Source: Turneriella sp.
GTDB lineage: Bacteria > Spirochaetota > Leptospiria > Turneriellales > Turneriellaceae
NCBI GenBank assembly: GCA_965279515.1
Contig: CBDIID010000003.1
Coordinates: forward strand, 4,640,001 to 4,704,000
Length of the DNA: 64,000 bases
Direction: 5' to 3'
Part shown: one piece after another, positions 38,784 to 47,869 of the stretch
Layout: each line of letters begins with the position of its first letter
Position numbering within the stretch: the first letter of the stretch is position 1
Made by a program: the position numbers and the translations under genes
The notes under the pieces: model-generated
Seen by the model: only the letters and a program-made list of their open reading frames with translations
Databases searched by the model: none
Told to the model about the DNA's origin: nothing

Positions 38784-39638
38784 ATGTCGCGAGAATACCG
38801 CACAACCATAAAACATCCCGGCATCTATGAAGGCGTGGGTCTCCATTCCGGAGAAACCACACGGCTCTCCTTCTATCCAGCCGACTGCGGCGAGGGTATT
38901 GTGTTTTTCCGCGAGGGTGAGGGCGGGCGTTTCGCGGTCAAAGCCGCGCTTGAGAATGTCATCGACACATCGCTCGCGGTGACACTCGGCGCGGGTTCAG
39001 AGGCAGACCATCCCTTCCAGTTGCAGACCGTCGAACATCTACTCTACGCGCTTTTTGTTCTCGGCATTACCGATATTGCGATCGAAGTCGAAGGCGGCAA
39101 AGAAGTGCCGATCGCCGACGGCAGCGCAGGGCCTTTTATCCGCGCGCTGCAAAAACTCGAGCTGCACTATTATGGCGAGAAGGTGAGGCCGCTTGTGGTC
39201 ACGCGCCCGCTTTCTGTCACCGACGGGGATCGTTATCTTGTGGCGATGCCGTCGCCCGATTTCCAGGTTTCGTACTTCATTGATTATCCGCACCCGCTGC
39301 TGAAGAACCAGGCGGTGCAGCTCAAATACGATGAAACCATGTTCGTCGAGACAATCGGCTTCGCGCGTACCTTTGGTTTTATGAAAGACGTCGAATACCT
39401 GCGTTCGCGCGGGCTTGCCCAGGGCGGCAGCATCGATAATGCGGTGATCTATATGCCGGATGGCACGACGATGAACGATTTCAGGTTCGAGCGCGAATCG
39501 GTCTTCCACAAGATTCTCGACCTCATCGGCGACCTCGCGCTTGTCGGCCGGCCGATCCAGGGGCATATTCTCGGCGCGCGCGGCGGGCATGCGCTCGATG
39601 TCGCGTTTGGCAAAAAACTTTTGCAGGCGTTTGGATAA
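38784..39638 (+). CDS. lpxC: UDP-3-O-acyl-GlcNAc deacetylase
   Basis: GVGLHSG, TVEHLL, ARTFGF, HKILDLIGDL. Confidence 0.95.
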   Translation: MSREYRTTIKHPGIYEGVGLHSGETTRLSFYPADCGEGIVFFREGEGGRFAVKAALENVIDTSLAVTLGAGSEADHPFQLQTVEHLLYALFVLGITDIAIEVEGGKEVPIADGSAGPFIRALQKLELHYYGEKVRPLVVTRPLSVTDGDRYLVAMPSPDFQVSYFIDYPHPLLKNQAVQLKYDETMFVETIGFARTFGFMKDVEYLRSRGLAQGGSIDNAVIYMPDGTTMNDFRFERESVFHKILDLIGDLALVGRPIQGHILGARGGHALDVAFGKKLLQAFG

Positions 39639-39650
39639 ATTTTTACCCGG

Positions 39651-40076
39651 CTACTTTAAGAAGCTCAATTTCAAATCGCGGTACCGGGTAAAATTTCGGT
39701 CGGCAGTTACAAAAGTGCAGTTATGCTCAATGGCGAGGGCCGCGATATAACAGTCAGGAACCAGGTTACCGCGGGTTTCAGCTACACGCAGCAATGCGGT
39801 AAAAATGCCCCAATGGTCTTTGCCGGGCATTACCTCGACAGTGTTTTCAAGGTTCCTTAAATATTCAGTGAATGCCAGCGCTGTAGGGAGCGGGGTAGGC
39901 GTTTTAAAAACTTTCGAATGGGTCACAACCCGTACGAAGCCACTGAGAACAAGAGATGAATAGGCCCAGAGACTGCCACTCTGTGCCGTGGCGGTCAAAA
40001 ATTTCCTGGCAGCGGCATGCCGTTCGGCATCAGCCCTGTGTGCGTAGACGAGAATATTGACATCACAGAGTGTCAT
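39651..40076 (-). CDS. vapC: PIN-domain toxin
   Basis: CDVNILVYA, NLVPDCYIAALAIEH, TADRNF. Confidence 0.92.
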   Translation of the reverse strand: MTLCDVNILVYAHRADAERHAAARKFLTATAQSGSLWAYSSLVLSGFVRVVTHSKVFKTPTPLPTALAFTEYLRNLENTVEVMPGKDHWGIFTALLRVAETRGNLVPDCYIAALAIEHNCTFVTADRNFTRYRDLKLSFLK

Positions 40077-40311
40077 TTTCCATCCGCTCAAGCAGTGCCG
40101 CGTTGTTGTCCAGATCTACACCGCTTTGCAGCCCCTCGCCTTTGAATACCGGCAATTGTATTTTCCGTTTCTGCCCGCGTGTCTGGTTTCTGCGCAGAAG
40201 TGATTCCCGGAGCGCCTCAGTGGTAAAATCCGTAAAAGTCCGGCCTTCTTCGGCGGCCTGCTTCTTGACGGCTTTCAGCAGCCGGTCTTCGATGTACAGG
40301 GTTGTCCGCAT
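40063..40311 (-). CDS. vapB: RHH antitoxin
   Basis: MRTTLYIEDRLL..VK..A...GRT....EALR; overlaps the vapC start. Confidence 0.85.
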   Translation of the reverse strand: MRTTLYIEDRLLKAVKKQAAEEGRTFTDFTTEALRESLLRRNQTRGQKRKIQLPVFKGEGLQSGVDLDNNAALLERMENDTL

Positions 40312-40318
40312 ACGTAAA

Positions 40319-40347
40319 AACATATTTAAAAAGCATTAATATGTCAA
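40319..40347 (-). promoter_or_regulatory. Sigma70 promoter of vapBC with overlapping inverted-repeat operator
   Basis: TTGACA-17-TATGTT on the minus strand; ACATATT...AATATGT inverted repeat at 40320-40344. Confidence 0.75.
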
Positions 40348-40411
40348 TAAATTTCAGACAATCCTGTCCGGTTTGGAAATCAAATCCGAAACATAGTTTA
40401 CGCGCCCCTCA

Positions 40412-41800
40412 ATGCAAAGAAACGACCTCATGGTCGAAGCCGTCCCAACCACAGCCCAACTTCCTCCTGGCCCCAAGGTGAATCCCTTTGAAATCGTCAA
40501 AGAACTGCTGGCCGGTGATACGCAGATTGTCACCAACCCGCTTGCATACTTCAGAAAATTGCATGATGAATTCGGCGATCTCGTCTATTCTGATTTCGGT
40601 ATTGGCCGTTATTATTTTACCGACAACTCGGCGCTGATCCGCAAGATTTTTGTCACGGAGCCCCGCAGCTATGCGAAGGCCGACGCCTATAAAGAAGCCG
40701 CACTTTTCCTGGGCAAGGGCATACTCAACAGCGAAGGCGAATTCTGGCAGACGCAGCGCGGCATGGTGCAGCCGGCATTCCAGAAGAGCCGCCTGCACGC
40801 CTTTGCCCGCTCGATGGCGGCAACTTCGGATGCGGCGATGGCTGATCTGCCCTCCACGGTAGATGTTTCCTCATTGGCGATGCATGTCGCCCTGGAAAAC
40901 ATCTGTAAGTTCCTGTTCGGTTCAGATTTTGCCGCGAATGAGAAGGTCATCCGCGAAGCGGTCCACTTCGGTAATGATTTTATCAGCCGCCGCATTCAGG
41001 CACCAGTCAAGCTGCCGATCTTTGTACCCGCGATTAAGAATCTGCGTTTCCTGTATTACCGCTTTGTGCTCGACCAGATTCTGTACCGCATCATCGACCA
41101 GCGGTTAGCCGAGGGGGATCAACCACAGCGTGACCTTCTGGGCATGTTACTGACAGCGGAAAAGGAACATGGTCACGGAAAAGTGCGTAAGGAGCAGGTA
41201 CGCGATGAGATTCTGACGCTGCTCATCGCCGGGCATGAAACCACGGGGTTCACTCTCGCGATGGCGCTCTGGCTATTGGCCAAATACCCGCAAATACAGG
41301 AAAAGTTACGCGATGAACTCACAGAAAAACTTTCCGGGGGCGCGGATATTAACCCCGAGGAACTCGAAAACTGCCCCTACCTCGAAGCCGTTGTCAACGA
41401 AACGCTGCGGCTATACCCCGCCGCCTGGATCATTGGCCGCCGCACGGTTGCCGATGAGGAATTTGAGGGCTATTTGCTCAAAAACGATTCGGAGCTGCAG
41501 ATCTGTATTCTCGCCCTGCACCGCAATGCCAAATACTGGTCTGAACCCGATACATTCAAGCCGGAGCGTTTTCTCGGGGAAACTCCCGAGCCGAGCGCAA
41601 AACAGGCCTATATGCCGTTCGGCGCCGGACCGCGCCGCTGCATCGGCAATATCTTTGCCCTCATGGAGATGCAGATCGCGATTGCGAAAATCCTCATGCG
41701 CTACCGCCTGAAGCTGCAAAACCCCGCCGAGCCGGAAATCGAGTATCTTTTTACTGCGCGCCTCAAGCATCCCTTGCCGGTAGAGTTTGAAAGTTTGTAA
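40412..41800 (+). CDS. Cytochrome P450
   Basis: AGHETT, ETLR, PERF, FGAGPRRCIG. Confidence 0.96.
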   Translation: MQRNDLMVEAVPTTAQLPPGPKVNPFEIVKELLAGDTQIVTNPLAYFRKLHDEFGDLVYSDFGIGRYYFTDNSALIRKIFVTEPRSYAKADAYKEAALFLGKGILNSEGEFWQTQRGMVQPAFQKSRLHAFARSMAATSDAAMADLPSTVDVSSLAMHVALENICKFLFGSDFAANEKVIREAVHFGNDFISRRIQAPVKLPIFVPAIKNLRFLYYRFVLDQILYRIIDQRLAEGDQPQRDLLGMLLTAEKEHGHGKVRKEQVRDEILTLLIAGHETTGFTLAMALWLLAKYPQIQEKLRDELTEKLSGGADINPEELENCPYLEAVVNETLRLYPAAWIIGRRTVADEEFEGYLLKNDSELQICILALHRNAKYWSEPDTFKPERFLGETPEPSAKQAYMPFGAGPRRCIGNIFALMEMQIAIAKILMRYRLKLQNPAEPEIEYLFTARLKHPLPVEFESL

Positions 41801-41837
41801 TGGCTAAACATTCTGTTCGACCAAGGAAGATTCAGTC

Positions 41838-43160
41838 ATGAGCACGCTCACCGCAACGTACCCGGGGTTTTTCACACGCATCAATGCGCGGTTATGGGCG
41901 AGCTTCACACGCCGCGGCATTCTGGCGGTTTTGACTTCAGTCATTCTCATCAGTTTTTATGTCATGCTCTACTGGTCGTACGACATCGATTCGCTGCTCG
42001 CCGACCGCCAGACATCGCGTATCTTTGCGCCACTTGATAAGAAGATCGCCGCGGCCGAGGCGGGGGGCCTTGCCGCCGCAACGGGGCTCAAAGACCAGAA
42101 GACCAAAATACTGCAGAGCATCAAGGAATCTGCAAAATTTTCCGCTGGCTACCATCCGTTTCTTCTGCCTGAAAACCGTATCTATGTGGATCGCCTGAAA
42201 CGGGTCAGTAAGCAACCCGTGTCTGCGATGCTCGATGGCTGGGCGGCGCTGTTAAATCCGCTTTCCAATTTTATGCGCAACCGCGACGCCGACCGCTGGT
42301 TTCTCTATGGTTTTCTCTATACGATACTGGTAGTCTTCATGGGTATACGTTTCTACCGGCGCTGGCGCCACGACCGCTACCAAAAGGTGCGCACGCTTTC
42401 GGTGATGGTCGTTCAGACGCTGCTTGCATTTATTTTACCGGGGCTCTTGCTCTATTTCAACACGAAGGAATTCTATTTCAGTTATTTCTGGCCGCTGAAG
42501 CTTGATTATTTCCTGCCTTCAACGTTCACGGACTACCCGCGGGCAATGGCGCTGTGGGCTGTCGGCATGGCATTCATAGCCGTGCCGGTGCTGACATACT
42601 TCTTTGGCAAGCGCTGGTATTGCTCCTGGGTCTGTGGCTGCGGTGCGCTTGCGAACACGATGGGTGATCCCTTCCGCCAGCTGTCGGATAAGTCGGAGCG
42701 CGCCTGGCTGATCGAACGCATTGTCATCTATTCCGTGCTGGCGATTACGGTTATCATGACGGGACTTATTTTTTTCAATGAATGGCGGGGCATAAACGAC
42801 GGCTTTGGCCAGTTTGTTTTCTCCTTAAAGCGTTGGTATGGCTTTTTCATCAGCGCGGGTTTTGCCGGTGTCATCGGTACGGGGTTTTATCCGCTGATGG
42901 GTACACGTGTGTGGTGCCGCTTCGGTTGCCCGCAGGCGGCGATTCTCGGCCTCTTGCAGGTTCTGTTCTCACGCTTCCGCATCACGACGAATGGCGGGCA
43001 GTGTATTGCCTGCGGCAACTGTTCAGCCAACTGTGAGATGGGCATCGATGTGCGTGCGTATGCGATGCAGGGCGAAGATATCAAACGCGCTTCGTGCGTC
43101 GGCTGCGGCCTCTGTATGTCAGTCTGCCCGCGCGGCGTGCTGAAATTAGAGAACGGATAA
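41838..43160 (+). CDS. Membrane 4Fe-4S polyferredoxin (NapH/MauN-like)
   Basis: RWYCSWVCGCG, RVWCRFGCP and two CxxCxxCxxxC motifs. Confidence 0.88.
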   Translation: MSTLTATYPGFFTRINARLWASFTRRGILAVLTSVILISFYVMLYWSYDIDSLLADRQTSRIFAPLDKKIAAAEAGGLAAATGLKDQKTKILQSIKESAKFSAGYHPFLLPENRIYVDRLKRVSKQPVSAMLDGWAALLNPLSNFMRNRDADRWFLYGFLYTILVVFMGIRFYRRWRHDRYQKVRTLSVMVVQTLLAFILPGLLLYFNTKEFYFSYFWPLKLDYFLPSTFTDYPRAMALWAVGMAFIAVPVLTYFFGKRWYCSWVCGCGALANTMGDPFRQLSDKSERAWLIERIVIYSVLAITVIMTGLIFFNEWRGINDGFGQFVFSLKRWYGFFISAGFAGVIGTGFYPLMGTRVWCRFGCPQAAILGLLQVLFSRFRITTNGGQCIACGNCSANCEMGIDVRAYAMQGEDIKRASCVGCGLCMSVCPRGVLKLENG

Positions 43161-43162
43161 TC

Positions 43163-43999
43163 TCATGCTTCGAAAGGCTCGCTAAGGCGAGGCTCCGCCG
43201 CAGCATGCCGGCTAAAAAGCAAAAATACGAATAGCGAAAAAATCTGCGTGAAACTCGTCGCGGCAAGCGCAGCCTCGACCCCAATATCGGCGCGACCCTT
43301 GTCGAAAAGCAGCATCGCATTCACGAGTGAGAAGGCGATGGCTGCGATAACGGCGAGCGGTTTCAATGCGCCTCGGTCGACGTTCCGCCCTCCATGGCTC
43401 CGTCGACCAGGGAACATCCCTGTTCCCTGCTCACGGTAGAGCAAAACTCCCGTAACAGCGATATTGAGCAGCAGTTGGATGACTCCCACGGCTAAGGGCG
43501 ATGTGTTCGCAGCAAAACTGAAATCGAGCCCTGCGTAGAGCGCAATGATGGTGAGTGCGGCCAGGCTGTATAAGCTGAGCGGAATGGCTTCTTTCCGCAG
43601 TAGATCCCGCCCATGCGCGTCGTATTGCCGCCGCACCTGCCAAAGCCATGCGGCGACCAGCGAAAAAGAATGCGTGGCGACCGAATGAACCCAGGCAAGC
43701 GTCAAGCTGTCGGTATCTGCGGGTGTGCGTTCGGCGGCGAGCATGACATGCCTGAGCAATGGTAGAAAACTTAACAGGTGCGGTATATGCATCAGAAAGG
43801 GAACGCGGCATACCTTGGTGCGCAGCGAGATAAAAATGGAAAAGCCCAACCACTGCAAATAGGTCGCGCCGAGATAGGCGAGCGGCAGCGCCTCACGCAA
43901 AAATACCTGCTTGGGAAGAAAATAAACCAGAACCAGGTGTGCGGCCAAAGCCCCGATCTGCAGGGGCAGGGCGGCGATGAATAGGATGGGTAGTTTCAA
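43163..43999 (-). CDS. Hypothetical polytopic membrane protein
   Basis: Hydrophobic 278 aa ORF directly after pgsA. Confidence 0.65.
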   Translation of the reverse strand: MKLPILFIAALPLQIGALAAHLVLVYFLPKQVFLREALPLAYLGATYLQWLGFSIFISLRTKVCRVPFLMHIPHLLSFLPLLRHVMLAAERTPADTDSLTLAWVHSVATHSFSLVAAWLWQVRRQYDAHGRDLLRKEAIPLSLYSLAALTIIALYAGLDFSFAANTSPLAVGVIQLLLNIAVTGVLLYREQGTGMFPGRRSHGGRNVDRGALKPLAVIAAIAFSLVNAMLLFDKGRADIGVEAALAATSFTQIFSLFVFLLFSRHAAAEPRLSEPFEA

Positions 44000-44000
44000 G

Positions 44001-44558
44001 TTACCCTTTTAGTATCGTGCGGCCATAGGTCTTTGCGTAAGCAAAAATACCGCCGGCAAACACAAACAGCAGGGGTGGAATCGTATATTCGCGGAATGGC
44101 CAGTTGAAAAGGTAAAAAAGCCCCGAAAGCGAAATCATACCCACGCCGAATTTACCCCAGTAGTTAGGTTTACCCAGGACGTTACGCTTAATCAGCAGAA
44201 AACCGCCCCCCACAGTACCGATAATTTCGCGCAGGGCGACGATGATGGTTACCCACAGCGGGTAGTCGCGGTAGATGACGAGCAGAAAAAGCCCCGCCAC
44301 AATCACGATCTTGTCAGCGATCGGATCGAGGTATTGCCCGAGCGGGGTTTCCTGGCCGAGTTTGCGCGCGAGATAGCCGTCGAGGTAGTCGGTCAGCGTC
44401 ATGAACGCAAGTGTCAGCGCTGTGTAGAGGCGGATGCTTTCGATATCGTGTGGGTGCGCGAGAATATACCAGAGCGCGGGTATGCCGAGAATGCGCGAAA
44501 GCGAAAGAACGTTGGAAATCGTCAGGATCCGGTAGGTGAAGAGTTCCCGGACCGTCAT
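44001..44558 (-). CDS. pgsA: CDP-alcohol phosphatidyltransferase (PgsA-like)
   Basis: TDYLDGYLARK.GQET.LG..LDPIADK. Confidence 0.85.
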   Translation of the reverse strand: MTVRELFTYRILTISNVLSLSRILGIPALWYILAHPHDIESIRLYTALTLAFMTLTDYLDGYLARKLGQETPLGQYLDPIADKIVIVAGLFLLVIYRDYPLWVTIIVALREIIGTVGGGFLLIKRNVLGKPNYWGKFGVGMISLSGLFYLFNWPFREYTIPPLLFVFAGGIFAYAKTYGRTILKG

Positions 44559-44670
44559 CGGCCAACCCCTCCCTGGGTGCCGATGACCCGGTCACGTCGT
44601 GCGACACTGGTCATCTGCCAACCCCTCCGTGACCACTATTGACCTCAGTACACCTTGCACTTTCGGTCAT
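44555..44670 (-). repeat. Degenerate 56-nt tandem repeat encoding two ATGA-coupled 19-aa ORFs
   Basis: ATGs at 44670, 44614 and 44558 (pgsA); shared CANGGAGGGGTTGGCMGATGAC junction. Confidence 0.8.
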
Positions 44671-44684
44671 CTGTGGATACTAAC

Positions 44685-45956
44685 TCACTTAATCGCGATA
44701 GTATTGGCGCGGCCCGGCCCTACGGAGATCCAGGCGATCGGTACGCCACAATACTTCGCGAGTGCGTCGACATATTTGCGCGCGTTCTTCGGCAGGTTTT
44801 TCAGCTTCGTGATATGGCTTGTGGGCTCTTGCCAGCCGGGAAATTCTTCGTAGATGACTTTGACATCGCCCACACCGCATGAGGGAAAATAATCAATGCG
44901 TTTGCCGCCAAGCTCATACCCCGTTGCGACCTTAATCGTTTTAAGGTCGTCGAGCACGTCGATTTTTGTGAGTGCCAGTGCGGATAGCCCGTTGATACGC
45001 GCCGCGTGGCGCACGACTTCGACGTCGAACCAGCCGCAGCGGCGCGGGCGGCCCGTGACACTGCCGAATTCATTGCCGGCTTTGCGCAAATTATCGCCTT
45101 CTTCGCCAAAAATTTCCGTGGGATAAGGGCCTTCGCCGACGCGCGTCGAGTATGCCTTCGCGATGCCAATGACGCTCTTCAGGTAGCGGAAAGAAACGCC
45201 GCTGCCCGAAAGCGCGCCGCCGGTTGTCGGGTTAGAACTTGTCACATAGGGATACGTGCCGAAATCGAGGTCGAGCATCGTGCCCTGCGCACCTTCGAGC
45301 AGCACACGTTTGCCCGAGGCCAGCTCCATGTTGAGGTAATAGGGACAGTTGACGATCATGTCGCGCAGTTTTTCACGCAGATCGAGCAGCTTTTCTTTCA
45401 TCTGCTTGAGATCCGTCGGCGGTGCGTCGTACATACGCGTTAAAAGTTTATTCTTCTGCTCGACGAGGCGGGGCAGAATGTTTTCAAAAAAATCGTCGCT
45501 GTAGAGCATGCCGATACGGATACCCTGGCGGTTCACCTTATCGGAATAGCAGGCGCCGATGCCGCGCTTGGTTGTGCCGATCTTATGCACGCCCGAAGCC
45601 TCTTCGCTGCGCACGTCAATTTCCTTATGGTAGGGCATGAGCAGGTGCGCATTGTCGGCAATACGCAGGCGGCCGGCGGGATTAACTCCCTTGGCTTCGA
45701 GTTCAGCGATCTCCTGGAACATCGCATCGGGGTCGATCACCATGCCGCCGCCGAGCACGCAGATGGTGCGCGGGTATAGAATACCGCTGGGAATTAAACG
45801 GAAAATATACTTGTCTTCGCCAACCTTAACCGTGTGCCCCGCGTTCGCCCCGCCCTGGTAACGGACGACGATCTCGGTTTCTTTGGCCAGGTAATCGATG
45901 ACCTTGGCTTTACCTTCGTCGCCCCACTGTGTACCGACGATGAGGGTTGCTGGCAT
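44685..45956 (-). CDS. purA: Adenylosuccinate synthetase
   Basis: QWGDEGKAK, GGANAGHT, EGAQG, GTYPYVTSS, TGRPRRCGW. Confidence 0.97.
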   Translation of the reverse strand: MPATLIVGTQWGDEGKAKVIDYLAKETEIVVRYQGGANAGHTVKVGEDKYIFRLIPSGILYPRTICVLGGGMVIDPDAMFQEIAELEAKGVNPAGRLRIADNAHLLMPYHKEIDVRSEEASGVHKIGTTKRGIGACYSDKVNRQGIRIGMLYSDDFFENILPRLVEQKNKLLTRMYDAPPTDLKQMKEKLLDLREKLRDMIVNCPYYLNMELASGKRVLLEGAQGTMLDLDFGTYPYVTSSNPTTGGALSGSGVSFRYLKSVIGIAKAYSTRVGEGPYPTEIFGEEGDNLRKAGNEFGSVTGRPRRCGWFDVEVVRHAARINGLSALALTKIDVLDDLKTIKVATGYELGGKRIDYFPSCGVGDVKVIYEEFPGWQEPTSHITKLKNLPKNARKYVDALAKYCGVPIAWISVGPGRANTIAIK

Positions 45957-45957
45957 A

Positions 45958-46494
45958 TCAGTTCTTCTGTGTGCCAGCCGTGTTGGCGGCTTCGGCTGCT
46001 GCTGCCTTTTCGGCTTTTTCGAATTTATAGAATGCAATCGCCAGCAGAAAGGCACCAACGCAGATAAAGGCATCAGCGACGTTAAAAATAAACCAGCGGA
46101 ACGAGCCAAAGCGCACATCGATGAAGTCGACCACGCCGGGGGTTGCACCGTAAAAACGGTCAGTGAAGTTGCCGAGCGCACCGCCGAGAATCGCGGCAAT
46201 CGCCAAGGTAAAAATCTGCGAACCCTCAGGGCTGCGGTAGTAATAGTAAAGAAGGAACAGGATAGCAAAACCGGTCAGAATCTGGAAAATCCAGGCATGG
46301 CCCTGCATCATGCCGAAAACGCCGCCTTCATTGCGCGTCAGCGTAAAGAACAGGAAGTTACCGAGAATCGCTTCGCTCTGGCCCTGGGCCTTGAAGTGTT
46401 TTAAAATCCACAGTTTCGAGAGTAAATCCGACACATAGACAAGAATGAGTACCGTAAAAAACGGAGGAGTAAATTTTGTGCGCCAGCGTGACAT
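45958..46494 (-). CDS. lspA: Lipoprotein signal peptidase II
   Basis: N.GGVFG, GGALGNFTDR, VVDFI, FNVADAFI. Confidence 0.95.
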   Translation of the reverse strand: MSRWRTKFTPPFFTVLILVYVSDLLSKLWILKHFKAQGQSEAILGNFLFFTLTRNEGGVFGMMQGHAWIFQILTGFAILFLLYYYYRSPEGSQIFTLAIAAILGGALGNFTDRFYGATPGVVDFIDVRFGSFRWFIFNVADAFICVGAFLLAIAFYKFEKAEKAAAAEAANTAGTQKN

Positions 46495-46542
46495 CAAGGC
46501 AGCCTTGGTCCGCGAAATACGGCTACAAGCCGTAAATGGCGG

Positions 46543-47808
46543 CTAATAGCCGTAAACAAAGTGCAGGTAACGCGAGCCCGCCGGGCCGAAGCGGTAAGCG
46601 TAGGGCCAGCTTTTCCCCGCCGATGCCTTGAGCTCGCCTCCGGTAAATGCAGCAAAATAAGTGTCGATCATCGTATAACCCGCCGCAGCTTTGATGGCGA
46701 TAAAAGTATGGGTATGCGACGTTGCTGAATGTCCGTCACGCAGCAGTGTAAGCGCCGGCGCCCGCACGTAGAGGCGGTCGATGAGGCTGAAATCCGTGGG
46801 GAAGGCCGCGCTGCGGCTGAAATCAAAAGCCTGAATGGCGTTGGCAGGCAGGTATGGCGTCACCAGCGCGGGGCCGCTCACAAGCCAGACAAAGTTGCGT
46901 CCCCCCGAGTCGACGGTGATATTCCCTGCAACAATATGCCGGATATAGTAGAGCGGGAAATCCGGGAATTCGGGAAGTTCACTGTCACCCAGGGACATCC
47001 GCCTCGCTTCGCTATAGAGGTAGCGGGCGACAATCGTACACGCCTCGGCTGCGGTGGTTATATTGTCTTGGGCGAGAAATCTCTGCCGCATTGCAGGCTG
47101 CGGCATCAGCGCCGCGTTCTGGAGCACACGCAGTTTGGCTTCGTCCATGAGCGCGGCGAGACCGTCTGCGCTTGTCTGGCTGTAGCGCTGCGTGGCGCGC
47201 GTGGCAAAGCCTGCAATTTCCGCTGCATCCAGATTGCGGGGAGATGGAATTGTGAGCGGCGGGTTTATGGTATAATGCAGCTCTTCGCCCGCTGTGCATT
47301 CGCTGCCGCTGCATTGCCGCACCCGGAGAGTCTGCGTCTCTGAAACGGCGATACCGGTTTCAGCGTCGTAAGGAAAAAATTCTTCGCCCATCGCGACTTC
47401 GACGCGGCTGTTTTGGACTGTTGATTCCAGGGCGACGGTAACGGGGTGCGTAAATATTCCGGGAGGCGGATAAATTTTGAGCGGCGGAAATGTATTGACC
47501 AGGGTATAAACCTCCGTGGCGGCGAGCGCGTGGTCGTTCGTATCACGTACAGTCACTGTGGTTGTAGCCGTCAGCGCCAGCGAATCGGCCTTCAGCAGCG
47601 TAAACGCCGCGCCCGTCGAATATTCCCAGCCGGGGGAATAATTCAGGATCTGGACATCGATGCCTTTGTAATAGGTACCGCCGGGCGGTGCCATCAGGGG
47701 TTTACGGCGTTCGCGTTCTTCGGCGGCGACAACCGTGGGGTTGCGGTCCGTGCGCCCGGAGCAGGAAATGCCCAGGGCGGCGATGAGAAAGATACTGGTA
47801 TACTTCAT
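46543..47808 (-). CDS. Lipoprotein with two Fn3-associated/chitobiase C-terminal-like repeats and an unknown C-domain
   Basis: LGISC lipobox; PPGGTY and PPPGIF repeat starts. Confidence 0.75.
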   Translation of the reverse strand: MKYTSIFLIAALGISCSGRTDRNPTVVAAEERERRKPLMAPPGGTYYKGIDVQILNYSPGWEYSTGAAFTLLKADSLALTATTTVTVRDTNDHALAATEVYTLVNTFPPLKIYPPPGIFTHPVTVALESTVQNSRVEVAMGEEFFPYDAETGIAVSETQTLRVRQCSGSECTAGEELHYTINPPLTIPSPRNLDAAEIAGFATRATQRYSQTSADGLAALMDEAKLRVLQNAALMPQPAMRQRFLAQDNITTAAEACTIVARYLYSEARRMSLGDSELPEFPDFPLYYIRHIVAGNITVDSGGRNFVWLVSGPALVTPYLPANAIQAFDFSRSAAFPTDFSLIDRLYVRAPALTLLRDGHSATSHTHTFIAIKAAAGYTMIDTYFAAFTGGELKASAGKSWPYAYRFGPAGSRYLHFVYGY

Positions 47809-47869
47809 ATTCCCTCTGTAATATAAATACCAGGGAAGTGGTTCTTTTTCTCAGTTTTTCCGAATTTTC

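Noticed and set aside
44555..44673. Mini CRISPR array (about 22-nt repeat + 34-nt spacer)
   Set aside because: Only two full repeats, the spacers resemble each other, the repeat contains an SD and ATG, and there are no cas genes; better read as a degenerate tandem repeat
45957..46268. N-terminal extension of PurA (and of the kinase at 29170..29541)
   Set aside because: ORF-caller overextension into neighbouring genes; the conserved or plausible starts are 45956 and 29169
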